DNA of 64,000 nucleotides from an uncultured bacterium (GCA_963845185.1 CAWJRG010000010.1:128001-192000), one strand, 5' to 3'; numbered from the stretch's first letter, positions 10,996-20,325 are shown. A program made the numbers and translations. Notes: generated by a model not told the origin, from the letters alone.

Positions 10996-12841
10996 ATTCT
11001 GTCGCCTCGTATACTGTAATATTTTTTTCCTTGCCTTTTATTTTTATATCCTTATATTCCTTTGCCCTGACATTGTCCTTTACCACGTTGTATGTTTCCT
11101 CGCTCATAAGTATTTCGGTATTCAGCTCTTTATTCAGGCTCTCAAGCCTGGAAGCAAGGTTCACGGTATCGCCTATTACGGTATATTCCATCCTGCGGAT
11201 TGAGCCCATATTGCCTGCTATTGCCTCTCCTGTATTTATACCCATTCCTATGGCAAGAGTCGGCCTTCCCTGCTTTTTCCATTTCTCGTTCAGCTCGTTT
11301 AATTTGCCCTTCATCATAAAAGCAGTCCTTACGGCGCACAGGGCATGGTCTTTGTAAAAAACAGGCGCGCCGAACACGGCCATGACCGCGTCTCCCATGA
11401 ATTTATCCAGTGTGCCACGGTTTTTAAAAATTATGTCGGTCATGGCTGAAAGAAACTCATTTAAAATTTTTACCACTTCTTCCGGCGGCAATTTTTCGGA
11501 CATGGACGTGAATCCCCTTATGTCTGAAAAAAGCACGGTCAGCTCCTGTTTTTCCCCACCAAGCTTTATTTCGCTCCTCCTCAGCATTTCATTGACTATT
11601 GCCTCGGAAACATATTTGGAAAACATGCTTTTTATCTCGTGCTTTTCCCGTTCTTCTACTCCGACTTTATATGCGCTTATGCTGAGGTAACAGAATAATA
11701 TTGTGGCTATCGGATTCACAAAATTAATGATGTAACTATGGCTGGTAAATAAGTAAACTGCTGCGGACGCGTACATGGCTATTTCCGCGAAAGCCACAAT
11801 AAGCCCCTGCCACGACTTTATGCCGAATATAGCAAAGCTCGTCAGGACTCCTATAGCAAGCAACAGTATAAATCCGGTAAAATCGCCCATATCTTTCAGG
11901 TAAATGCCGTTATAAATCGTATTGATGGCGTTGGCGTGTACCTCTACGCCCGGCATCATAAAAGTCGTTTGTTCAATTACTTTTTTGGTATGGAAAGGCG
12001 TCAAAAACACGTCATGTAATTCCTCGGACGTGGCGCCCACAAGCACAATTTTATTTTTAAATACTTCCTTTTGCGTTTTATTGCCATAGTACACGTCGTA
12101 AAAGGAAACTGTTTTAAAAGTCCCCGGGAACCCCGCGTAATTAATTATCATCTGATCGCCCTGGGTTAAGGGTATTTTGAATTTTCCCCATGATAATTGG
12201 TTCCCCTTTATTTTTAATTTGTTTTTATCCAGGCCATAATATTTCCCCAGCAGGCTTAATCCGAACGAAACATACCTTTTATCATTGTAATCCAAAAAAA
12301 CATAACTGTTTCTTATAGAAGAGTCCTCGTCCTCCGCGTGGTGTATTATACCCATGCCGTAAGCGTTGTTTTTAAGCTCATCTATCGGGAACAAAGGCGT
12401 GGTTTTGGCGTACCTTTTCCCCACCTCATAGGAAAAACCCGCGTCCAGTATGACATTGCCTGCTTTCCTTATTGCAGTTGCGAATGCCTTGTCTTCTTTA
12501 GGATTTTTTTCCGTGACTTCGGAAAAAAATAAATCAAACCCTATTGCCTTTGCGCCCCACTTTTTAAGGTTGTCGATTACTTTCGCGTAATAGCTCCTTG
12601 GCCACGCCCACCTTTCGGGCATGTGCCTTAGCGAATCATCGTCTATAGCGACGATTACCAGCGGAGCCGTAGGCTCAATCTGCCCCCTGATATTGAACCT
12701 CCAGTCAATGCTGCTTTTTTCCAGCCCTTTAAGCAGCCCCGTGGACGATATTACGGCGCATAATAAAGTGGCCAAAGTTCCTATGATTAAAATTTTTTTT
12801 CTGTGAAAATTTTTTCCTGCTGTTTTGTTTTTTTTCGCCAC
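10985..12841 (-). CDS. CHASE2-domain class III adenylate/guanylate cyclase
   Basis: VIVAIDD...WPR and PGVEVHAN (CHASE2), three TMs, then FSDIRGFT, DKFMGDAVM and GDTVNLASRLE. Confidence 0.95.
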   Translation of the reverse strand: MAKKNKTAGKNFHRKKILIIGTLATLLCAVISSTGLLKGLEKSSIDWRFNIRGQIEPTAPLVIVAIDDDSLRHMPERWAWPRSYYAKVIDNLKKWGAKAIGFDLFFSEVTEKNPKEDKAFATAIRKAGNVILDAGFSYEVGKRYAKTTPLFPIDELKNNAYGMGIIHHAEDEDSSIRNSYVFLDYNDKRYVSFGLSLLGKYYGLDKNKLKIKGNQLSWGKFKIPLTQGDQMIINYAGFPGTFKTVSFYDVYYGNKTQKEVFKNKIVLVGATSEELHDVFLTPFHTKKVIEQTTFMMPGVEVHANAINTIYNGIYLKDMGDFTGFILLLAIGVLTSFAIFGIKSWQGLIVAFAEIAMYASAAVYLFTSHSYIINFVNPIATILFCYLSISAYKVGVEEREKHEIKSMFSKYVSEAIVNEMLRRSEIKLGGEKQELTVLFSDIRGFTSMSEKLPPEEVVKILNEFLSAMTDIIFKNRGTLDKFMGDAVMAVFGAPVFYKDHALCAVRTAFMMKGKLNELNEKWKKQGRPTLAIGMGINTGEAIAGNMGSIRRMEYTVIGDTVNLASRLESLNKELNTEILMSEETYNVVKDNVRAKEYKDIKIKGKEKNITVYEATEYVQ

Positions 12842-12869
12842 GAAATCTCCTGAAAAATATCAAAAGGGA

Positions 12870-12945
12870 TGGTGGGTGATACAGGAGTCGAACCTGTGAC
12901 CAACTGATTAAGAGTCAGCTGCTCTGCCAACTGAGCTAATCACCC
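12870..12945 (-). tRNA. tRNA-Lys (anticodon CTT)
   Basis: GGGTGATTAGCTCAGTTGGCAGAGC...CTCTTAA...GGTTCGACTCC...ACCA. Confidence 0.95.
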
Positions 12946-13061
12946 TTTTTCCTGTTTTATCTTTAATTTGCGCATTCAGGCTCATTATTTATACAATAAT
13001 TTAAGGCTTTTATCAATAAAGATTTAACTGCGGATATTTGGATTTTACTGATATATAAAAT

Positions 13062-13091
13062 ATATAGGGCAGGTCTTTGCCTGCCCCATAT
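13062..13091 (-). terminator. Probable intrinsic terminator after the lipoprotein gene
   Basis: GGGCAGG-TCTTTG-CCTGCCC hairpin flanked by A/T runs. Confidence 0.55.
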
Positions 13092-13146
13092 TTGCTTTCT
13101 ATAATTATCATGCTGTGGCTAACTTTAATGTGCTAAATAATCAAAA

Positions 13147-14094
13147 TTAAAACAATTTATCGTCTTTTTTATTGCCTTTGCCTTTTTTCTTCGCCGGCTT
13201 GGCTTTAAAACCCGGCATTACAGGTTTCTGTTTTTTGCTGTTTTTGCCGAACTTTCCATATGCTTTATTATTATATTGGTTTGCTGCCATTCCTGGCTGT
13301 TGCCCCTGAGCCATCCCGAGCTTTTGGCCCTGAACCATCCCGGGCTGCTGCCCTTGAACATTGCCGGACTGCTGGCTCTGAACCATGCCGGGATGCTGGG
13401 CTATGCCTTGTGCCTGTACAACTCCTGCACCCGGATTACCCTGGTGCATGCCATTTGCGTTAAAATTTGCCGGTTGAGCAGGCGGAGGTGCTCCAAAAGA
13501 CCTTGTATAATTAGTTGGAACAGCGTGTGCTCTATTAAAAGCCTGCGTAACAGCAGCGCTTGGAGCGTAAGTAGTTTCTTTTTGCATTGCCTGGAAACCA
13601 ACCCTTGCGTTCGAATTTTGCGGCTGCGGAAAGTTTGAAGGCATGGTTGTCTCATTGCCGTGAAACTGGTATGAGGCCGTCACCCCGCCATTGACATCAT
13701 ATGACGACCAGTTACCCGACAGGTATCCCGCCCTGTAATAACCCGAATACATTACTGCGCCGCTGGGATAATAATATCTGCAGCCGCCATCCCTTATGCC
13801 GTTTGAATAATATGTTTCTGCGAATAAAACGCCCGGCTGGGAATAAACCCTGACCGGGCCGTTAATTACCACGCCCTCTTTTATGCATACGCCGTCTGCC
13901 CCGAATGTCCAGATAGCGACAGGCTCAGCCGCACTGTAAAACACATATCTGTTGTCGTAAACCCTCATTGTATAATAGTCAGGTACTGCCGTAACAGGCG
14001 GCGTATATGCCTCTTGTGTTTCATAAAATGTACAGGAAGGTATTAACGCTAAACACATAGTAATTACAAGCAGTGCTAAAAAGATTTTTTTCAT
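13147..14094 (-). CDS. Putative lipoprotein with MORN-variant-like repeats, Gln/Gly-rich repeats and a Lys-rich tail
   Basis: Signal peptide ending IPSC; Y.NG.RDG..RYYY.SG repeats; QGQQPGM repeats. Confidence 0.65.
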   Translation of the reverse strand: MKKIFLALLVITMCLALIPSCTFYETQEAYTPPVTAVPDYYTMRVYDNRYVFYSAAEPVAIWTFGADGVCIKEGVVINGPVRVYSQPGVLFAETYYSNGIRDGGCRYYYPSGAVMYSGYYRAGYLSGNWSSYDVNGGVTASYQFHGNETTMPSNFPQPQNSNARVGFQAMQKETTYAPSAAVTQAFNRAHAVPTNYTRSFGAPPPAQPANFNANGMHQGNPGAGVVQAQGIAQHPGMVQSQQSGNVQGQQPGMVQGQKLGMAQGQQPGMAANQYNNKAYGKFGKNSKKQKPVMPGFKAKPAKKKGKGNKKDDKLF

Positions 14095-14161
14095 TTCATT
14101 GCCTCCTTTTATAATTTTCTGTAATATACCATATTTTATTTTTTTTTACAATGTACTTCAT

Positions 14162-14262
14162 AAAAGGGGCAGACCCTAAGGGGGGAAATTGGAGGGGAAT
14201 GGGATAAAGGCCTGCCCCGGTTTTTCATTATCTATAAACTTCTTTTGTCTCTTATTTTTCAA
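14162..14262 (-). ncRNA. Candidate small RNA with C-rich loop and terminator hairpin
   Basis: Minus strand: GGGGCAGGCC stem, loop containing CCCAUUCCCCUCC and UUCCCCCC, GGUCUGCCCC-UUUU; ECF-like promoter directly upstream. Confidence 0.35.
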
Positions 14263-14270
14263 TTATTAAA

Positions 14271-14300
14271 TTAGACGTTAATTAAATAAAAAAAGTTGCA
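14271..14300 (-). promoter_or_regulatory. ECF sigma factor-like promoter
   Basis: TGCAAC-N17-CGTCTAA; similar motifs at 32829 and 39161. Confidence 0.5.
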
Positions 14301-14313
14301 TTTTTTTTACAGT

Positions 14314-15051
14314 TTACACTTTTATTCTGTCTCTTACTTTCTGCCACGCCTTAAAAAAAAGAAAACTTCCCGGCGCGTCTTCTTCCATATCCATGAACAT
14401 CTTAATGGGCATTGAAAACGACAGCAGGTCTGGGTCTATCTCAGACCTGGCACTGACGTCAAGTACGCCTATTACTGCCTTTGGCTTTCCTTTTTTCGCT
14501 TGCATATACGGCAGCAGGCATACGCTGTGGCAGCCTGCACCAAAAGGCACTATTACATTATCATTTTTCGGGTGCCTGTAATTCGCCAGCACAGTCAGCG
14601 CAGAAAGCTGGTCGGGGTTTGCGTAAAAGACCACCAGCACTATGTTATCCTTTGAAAGGTCAGCTTCTTTTAATGGTTTAAACACCACGTACTCAAAAGG
14701 TATTTTTGTAACCGGTAAAGTTTTGAAAGCCTTCTTCGCTACTTCCGGGTTTTTCTTGTAATGCTCTCCCTGCCTGTAACCCTCTCCCCTTCCTGTGGAC
14801 AGGAAATATTCAATGCCTCCGGGAAAGCCCTCATAGCTTCCCAAGCCCAGGCCCGTGCCTCCGCCGGTACAGCCTTTTGTGGCGCTGCTGAAAACCGCTG
14901 TTTTTCCTTTTGCCGCCTGCGTAAGCATTGTTATCGCGCATCCCCACTTGCTTTCTTTATACTCAAGAGCATCTGCGGGCTTCTGGTTTGTAAATATTAT
15001 AGCTATCGGTTCATACCTGAGTTTTATTTCTTTTGCAATAATGCTGTCCAT
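14314..15051 (-). CDS. DUF169 family protein
   Basis: Conserved Cys motifs (WGC, GCTGG..GLG), NPDQLSAL and GCHS; likely start MDSII at 15051 after GAAAGGG. Confidence 0.75.
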   Translation of the reverse strand: MDSIIAKEIKLRYEPIAIIFTNQKPADALEYKESKWGCAITMLTQAAKGKTAVFSSATKGCTGGGTGLGLGSYEGFPGGIEYFLSTGRGEGYRQGEHYKKNPEVAKKAFKTLPVTKIPFEYVVFKPLKEADLSKDNIVLVVFYANPDQLSALTVLANYRHPKNDNVIVPFGAGCHSVCLLPYMQAKKGKPKAVIGVLDVSARSEIDPDLLSFSMPIKMFMDMEEDAPGSFLFFKAWQKVRDRIKV

Positions 15052-15119
15052 GTTTTTCCCCTTTCTTATTGATGTTTTAGCAAATATTTCCCACCATAAA
15101 ACGGAGCCCCTGTCCATCA

Positions 15120-15245
15120 TGGCGCGCCCGGAGAGATTTGGTCACCTCGCGAAACGCTCCTGCGTTTCGCTCCTCGACCCCCTCACTTGCTGACGCTATC
15201 CCGCTTTTCACCCTTTCAGGGTGCGCTCGTTCGTTTCAAATCTCT
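15120..15245 (-). repeat. Structured element ending in a duplicate of the tRNA-Arg(TCT) 3' end plus CCA
   Basis: 15122-15140 identical to 15299-15317; AGAGATTTG/CAAATCTCT inverted repeat encloses internal hairpins. Confidence 0.75.
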
Positions 15246-15299
15246 TTTGCTGATAATTAATTTATTTTGTTTCCAATTTGCAATTTCTTCTGTTTTATG

Positions 15300-15373
15300 C
15301 GCGCCCGGAGAGATTTGAACTCCCGACCCACGGATTAGAAATCCGTTGCTCTATCCAACTGAGCTACGGGCGC
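15300..15373 (-). tRNA. tRNA-Arg (anticodon TCT), CCA not encoded
   Basis: GCGCCCGTAGCTCAGTTGGATAGAGC...TTTCTAA...AGTTCAAATC...CGGGCGCG, followed by CAT. Confidence 0.93.
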
Positions 15374-15466
15374 ATATGTGATTTTGAATATTGGAATTAA
15401 GGTTGCGAAACTAAAACCGGCAAGCTAAAGCAGTATTTAATAATCAACTTTATGTATTATTACTTT

Positions 15467-16453
15467 TTATTGGCCCCACCAGACATCATTTTTCCAGCTG
15501 TCCGACGAATCATAACCTGCTATAACCCACATTTTGCCGTTAAATAATAAACTTGCGTGCCCTTGTCTTGAACTGAAAGACGCGTTTGTTGTTGACCGTG
15601 TCCAGGTTGCGCCGTCTGAAGAATACCAGATATCGTTATAAAGGGACCCCCCAAGGTGTTCCCCTCCTATTATCCACATTTGACCATTATATACCAGGCT
15701 CGTATGGTACTCTCTCGGGCTAAAAGCCGCGTTTCCTGTGGCGCATGACCAGTTCATGCCGTTTGAAGAATACCAGACATCATTTGTGTCTCCATTACCA
15801 TCAACATTTATCCCGGCCATAACCCACATCATATTATTATAAAAAACACTTGTGTGCCCCATCCTTGCGCTGAATGCCGCGTTTGTTGTCGCGCATGTCC
15901 AGTCTGCTCCGTCTGTTGATTTCCAGACTTCATTTCCTCCGGAAGACCCTCCTATGACCCACATTGCATTGTTGCATGACAGACTTGTATGCCCTGTCCT
16001 CGGGCTAAAAGCCGCGGTTCCAGTAACATATGTCCAATTTGCTCCGTCTGTTGACTGCCACACGTCATTTAAATTATCCCATCCGCCGCCAGAAGGATAT
16101 GCTCCTGCTATGACCCACATTGCATTATTATACACAATGCCGGTATGGCCGCTTCTCTGGCTGAATGCCCCTGCAGTTATGGTGCATCCTGTCCAGTTTA
16201 TTCCGTCACTAGAAAACCATACATCATTGTCTGCCGCAGCCGGCAATGTATTGCCTTCATATCCGCCCATAACCCACATTTCATTATTGTATACCACGCT
16301 TGCGAATTCATTCCTTGGGCTGAATGCCGCCGCTGATGTTGCCTGTGTCCATTGAGAGCCCGCGGCAGGAGAAGGTGCCGACGGGCTGCTTTTTTTCTTG
16401 CATGAATAAAACAGTACCGTTGCTAAAAGAATTAAAATTATTATTTTTTTCAT
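15467..16453 (-). CDS. Kelch-like beta-propeller lipoprotein
   Basis: Lipobox LFYSC; six repeats of AAFS.R.GH.S.V.N..MWV.GG...NDVW.S.DG..W; paralog at 41410. Confidence 0.8.
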   Translation of the reverse strand: MKKIIILILLATVLFYSCKKKSSPSAPSPAAGSQWTQATSAAAFSPRNEFASVVYNNEMWVMGGYEGNTLPAAADNDVWFSSDGINWTGCTITAGAFSQRSGHTGIVYNNAMWVIAGAYPSGGGWDNLNDVWQSTDGANWTYVTGTAAFSPRTGHTSLSCNNAMWVIGGSSGGNEVWKSTDGADWTCATTNAAFSARMGHTSVFYNNMMWVMAGINVDGNGDTNDVWYSSNGMNWSCATGNAAFSPREYHTSLVYNGQMWIIGGEHLGGSLYNDIWYSSDGATWTRSTTNASFSSRQGHASLLFNGKMWVIAGYDSSDSWKNDVWWGQ

Positions 16454-16466
16454 TTAAAAATCCTCC

Positions 16467-16565
16467 TATGTCGATGTTTTTAAGACAAACCCGCAGGGTG
16501 CAGTCGAAAATTACATCGACATATACCCGATCCAGTCCGAGGCATTAGCCGAAGACGAGCGGTAT
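16467..16565. repeat. Two-hairpin structured repeat, copy 1
   Basis: Homologous to 22241-22339 and 61552-61652, with compensatory changes. Confidence 0.7.
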
Positions 16566-16832
16566 AATTTTTCGAAATAAATTTTTTATTCCCACAAATT
16601 ATACCCTATTGCGCTTTTTCGTCAAGGTAAAATGTCATCTGGACCTTTCTGTCATCGTTGGTTTAAATTACTGCTGTTTCCGGAAAAATCGCAAAGGTGT
16701 ATCCTTCAGTCCCACAAACCTACTGTCTACAAAAGTCAATGAATTTGTTAAAATTTCTTATTCATTTCTGATTTATGCTTCATCTTTGCCATATTTTGAT
16801 TATAAAACTCTTAACCAAAATAGCCAATGTTT

Positions 16833-16879
16833 TGATTATCATTTAATCATTTATCCAAATAGTGATTAAATTTTAATCA
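16833..16879. promoter_or_regulatory. Pair of 17-bp palindromes TGATTA-N5-TAATCA, 30 bp apart (putative sigma54 activator sites)
   Basis: TGATTATCATTTAATCA (16833) and TGATTAAATTTTAATCA (16863); same arrangement at 20279/20309. Confidence 0.65.
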
Positions 16880-16920
16880 ATTGTTTAAAAAATAATCGAT
16901 ATTTATAAGATTTTCAATTG

Positions 16921-16937
16921 TTGGCACGGGGTTTGCT
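16921..16937 (+). promoter_or_regulatory. Sigma54 (-24/-12) promoter
   Basis: TTGGCACGGGGTTTGCT matches the YTGGCACG-N4-TTGCW consensus. Confidence 0.85.
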
Positions 16938-17022
16938 AATATATCGTATGCAATAAAAAGTAATCGAAGATGACATGAGATATTACCTCTCCGGTTGCTA
17001 AAAAAATAAAAGGAGAAGAAAA

Positions 17023-17802
17023 ATGAAAACCCAGAGAAATGTAATGAGCAAGGTAACAAGAACGTGTTTTGTGCTTGTGTTTTCGTTGTTTGTTGTTATT
17101 TCATTATTTGCTACACCTACGACAGTGGACTGGACCCCGTGTACAACTTCCATTGAACCTTTTTTAAAGGGTCATATTGACAATGACATGTATACGCGAG
17201 ACACAAGCGCGCTTCCTGTGGACTATGGGTTCCTGGTCGGCATACTGCCGTTTAGCATGGTTCAGGCAGAGATAGGCTATGACACGCTTCTGCCTGTTTT
17301 TTCACCGCAGACATTCAAAGACTCCAATTATTTTAATGGTAAAATCGGAACTCCGGAAAACAGTTTATTGCCAGTAGGTATTTCAGTCGGAATATTCAAT
17401 GTAGGCATCGACACAAATGTAACAAATTATAATGTCGTACATGCTGAAATAGGAAAAACATTTGATTATGTCGGCAACATTTGCGTCGGCGGATATACAG
17501 GCAACGACAAGCTTCTTATAAATGACAACGGCAAGGTTGACAATTCAGGTTTTATGGCAAGCTGGACATCGCCCCAATTTTCAAAATTCAATATTATCGC
17601 GGATTACATGAGCGGCAATAATGCGCTTTCAGCAGGAGGTGTGGCAGTAACGGCATATTTAGCCGATAACGTAGGTATTATAATCGGGCCGGTATTCCCT
17701 CTTTCAAAACAGTTTGCAGGCAATTCAAAAGTTCTAATGACGTTTCAGCTTGACGCGGATTTTGACCTGGTTCCGCCAGCGCCTGCGCCGGCAACAAAGT
17801 AA
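17023..17802 (+). CDS. Secreted protein, possibly an outer-membrane beta-barrel
   Basis: Signal peptide, amphipathic beta-strand pattern, near-terminal FQLDADF; first gene of the sigma54 operon. Confidence 0.5.
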   Translation: MKTQRNVMSKVTRTCFVLVFSLFVVISLFATPTTVDWTPCTTSIEPFLKGHIDNDMYTRDTSALPVDYGFLVGILPFSMVQAEIGYDTLLPVFSPQTFKDSNYFNGKIGTPENSLLPVGISVGIFNVGIDTNVTNYNVVHAEIGKTFDYVGNICVGGYTGNDKLLINDNGKVDNSGFMASWTSPQFSKFNIIADYMSGNNALSAGGVAVTAYLADNVGIIIGPVFPLSKQFAGNSKVLMTFQLDADFDLVPPAPAPATK

Positions 17803-17862
17803 GTAGCATTATGATACCATTCCACAGTTTAGCCGGAACAAAAATTTTCAGGAGGTGCTCAA

Positions 17863-19761
17863 ATGGCTAACAATGATTCTCGGGTAAAGATTGTCCCGAC
17901 GCTCGGTTTGATGGGAGCTGCCATGAACGCCATGGCATTGATTGCTCCCGGGGCTTTTTTATGGATAACATACCAGCTCCAGTCAGCAGCCACGGACCCA
18001 AGCGGCGCGTCAGCTGCTCTGGATATGTGGCCGGGCATACTTGTCGCCCTGGTCCTTGCTTTTTTGACAGCCTTTTCATACGCTGCGCTGGCAAGGATAT
18101 ATCCCGAGGCCGGTTTTGCGAGCTGCGTGTACTTTGCGGAGAAAGCTTTCCTTGACTCAAGAAAAGAAAAACGCGCAGGCCCAACTTCCCTTGCCAGGAT
18201 TTCAAAACTGGTGACCGGCTGGGCCGCGCACCTGTTCTACTGGGTCTATCCCGGCGTCATGGTGGCAATGATGGCGACCATGATAGGTTACATTTACACT
18301 TCCTTTACCGGGCATACGTTTTCCAACACGACCCTTACAGTAATAGGCGTAATATTTGCCTTTGTGGTCGGATATATCGCATATAAAGGCGTAACCGGAT
18401 CCACATTGACGAATATCTGGATCAATATAATACAGTGGGTCGCGCTTGTGGTTTTCAGCGTGCTTGCAATATGGTACAGGATAGCAAACCCGGAACATGC
18501 GACAAACTGGGCTTTTTCCGGAGGCTTCGATATAGTCCGGCTTCACAGCATAAAAGCAGTTCTTGTCCAGGCCACAATAGCCATATTAATACTTGTGGGT
18601 TTTGAAAGCGCGACTGCCATGTCTGCTGAAACAAAACAACCTGAAAAAAACATACCAAAGGCCATTATTATTGCCCTTTTTGTCCAGGGCCTGCTGGCTT
18701 ATCTTTTCGAATACTTTGCCGCAAACCTGGTTGTCAGCGAAAAACTTACAGGCACGGTCACGACCGCCGCGACTGCTACGGTTGCGGCAGTGACAAAGAC
18801 AGTCACAGGCATGGACGCGATGGTGGCTTCGGCTGCGCCAATAGGCGACATGAGCAAGCTGATAGGCGACCACCTTCTTGGCGGCATTGGCACAGGGTTA
18901 ATGATAACCATGGCAATCACGGTCGCAATTGCCATAATTGGAACTACCTTAAGCTGCATGAATACTGCTGTGCGCGTCACGAATGGTATGGCAACCGACA
19001 GGGAACTTCCGGATTTCTTAAGTTTTCTGCATCCTGACAACAAGACACCGCATACGACCATCTGGCTTCTTGTTGTCGTATCCTGCGTGATCGCCGCAAT
19101 AGGAGTGCAGTCTGTTGTGGGCCTGACCGGCATTACCCTTGCCTCGAACTTCGGCACCTTTGTCCTGTATGGTCTTGTGTGCGTGTGGACAATAATCGCT
19201 TTCAAGGACAGAAAAGATTTCAATATCTTCAGGCACGGAATTGTCCCCGGCCTTGGCCTAGTTTTAAACGTCCTGATGTTGGCAGGTATTATTTACCTGA
19301 ACCTGACCGGCACTGCGGATAATAAAACAGAAGCGAGAATATGTTTTTACATTGCCGGTGGTTTCGCGCTTGTAAGTTTCCTGTATGTGATGGTAACAAC
19401 CGTGAAAAAGAACTACTCCATGAAGATGATATCGGCAATGATACGGCCTGAAAAGTTTGGGATACTCTTAGCCGTGTTAAAGGATGAAGCCCTTGTTCAG
19501 GGTATGACAGTCACTAAGGTAAAGGGTTTTGGCCGCACATACGGCAAAATAGACCCTGTTAAGGATACCAGCACCAAGATAAGGCTGCTCCCCAAGACCC
19601 GCGTCGATATCGTTGTTAATGACTGGGATGTCCCCCACATCCTTGACATAATGAAAGAAGTGTTAAAGACCGGTAAAGCGGGTGACGGAAAAATATTCGT
19701 GCTTGACGCCATGGAAGCCTTGAGAGTGTCCACAGGTGAAACCGGCGTCAATGCCGTATAA
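17863..19761 (+). CDS. APC-family amino acid/amine permease fused to a C-terminal P-II domain
   Basis: About 12 TMs with IAPGA and VGFESA...AETKQP motifs. From 19420: MKMISAMIRPEK...VKGFGR...GKAGDGKIFV...RVSTGETG. Confidence 0.88.
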   Translation: MANNDSRVKIVPTLGLMGAAMNAMALIAPGAFLWITYQLQSAATDPSGASAALDMWPGILVALVLAFLTAFSYAALARIYPEAGFASCVYFAEKAFLDSRKEKRAGPTSLARISKLVTGWAAHLFYWVYPGVMVAMMATMIGYIYTSFTGHTFSNTTLTVIGVIFAFVVGYIAYKGVTGSTLTNIWINIIQWVALVVFSVLAIWYRIANPEHATNWAFSGGFDIVRLHSIKAVLVQATIAILILVGFESATAMSAETKQPEKNIPKAIIIALFVQGLLAYLFEYFAANLVVSEKLTGTVTTAATATVAAVTKTVTGMDAMVASAAPIGDMSKLIGDHLLGGIGTGLMITMAITVAIAIIGTTLSCMNTAVRVTNGMATDRELPDFLSFLHPDNKTPHTTIWLLVVVSCVIAAIGVQSVVGLTGITLASNFGTFVLYGLVCVWTIIAFKDRKDFNIFRHGIVPGLGLVLNVLMLAGIIYLNLTGTADNKTEARICFYIAGGFALVSFLYVMVTTVKKNYSMKMISAMIRPEKFGILLAVLKDEALVQGMTVTKVKGFGRTYGKIDPVKDTSTKIRLLPKTRVDIVVNDWDVPHILDIMKEVLKTGKAGDGKIFVLDAMEALRVSTGETGVNAV

Positions 19762-19776
19762 AAAAGGAGGAATACC

Positions 19777-20118
19777 ATGAAAAGAATAGAAGCGATAGTG
19801 AGGCCTGAAAAAACCGACGATGTAATAAACGCCCTGGATGATATCGGACATCCGGGCATGATGATAAGCGAAATCGAAGGTTACGGGAAACAGCATGGCA
19901 GAGAAGACAAAGTACTGGGCAAGAAATACCATGTGGACCTTATCACCAAAACCCGCATAGAGATAATAGTAAAAGACAGCGAAGTAAAAAAGATTGCAAA
20001 TGCCATACGGGATGCGTCGTTTACAGGCGGTATCGGCGACGGGAAAATCTTTATTTACCCCGTTGATGACGTCTTACGGGTAAGGACAGGAGAAAAAGGA
20101 GAAGCTGCTATTTACTAA
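19777..20118 (+). CDS. P-II family nitrogen regulator with divergent T-loop
   Basis: MKRIEAIVRP, GYGKQ, TGGIGDGKIF and RVRTGE motifs. Confidence 0.93.
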   Translation: MKRIEAIVRPEKTDDVINALDDIGHPGMMISEIEGYGKQHGREDKVLGKKYHVDLITKTRIEIIVKDSEVKKIANAIRDASFTGGIGDGKIFIYPVDDVLRVRTGEKGEAAIY

Positions 20119-20151
20119 TAAATCTCTTTAATACAATTTACTTCAAAAAAT

Positions 20152-20237
20152 GAAAAGGTATCCTGCCCTTTTCGTTTTATCCGTCTCCAGCAGGTTTTTG
20201 ACCACGGGATGCGTCGGAAGCCGCATCCCGTTTTTTA
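20152..20237 (+). ncRNA. Conserved 3'-UTR element / candidate sRNA with terminator, copy 1
   Basis: CCTGC-[CU-rich loop]-GCAGG, TTGACCAC, GGGATGCG..CGCATCCC-T6; near-identical copy at 22345. Confidence 0.6.
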
Positions 20238-20278
20238 CTTCTTTAATCGCTGTCTGGAGATTTATTCAGGCTTAAAAT

Positions 20279-20325
20279 TGATTATTTTTTAATCATTAAT
20301 AGTTTATTTGGCTATTTTTTGACCA
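20279..20325. promoter_or_regulatory. Pair of 17-bp putative activator sites, 30 bp apart
   Basis: TGATTATTTTTTAATCA (20279) and TGGCTATTTTTTGACCA (20309). Confidence 0.6.

Noticed and set aside
15052..15120. N-terminal extension of the DUF169 ORF
   Set aside because: Begins at the tRNA-derived repeat; a better RBS and start lie at 15051.
15120..15317. Intact prophage or integrative element at tRNA-Arg
   Set aside because: The direct repeats are only about 180 bp apart, with no integrase or cargo.
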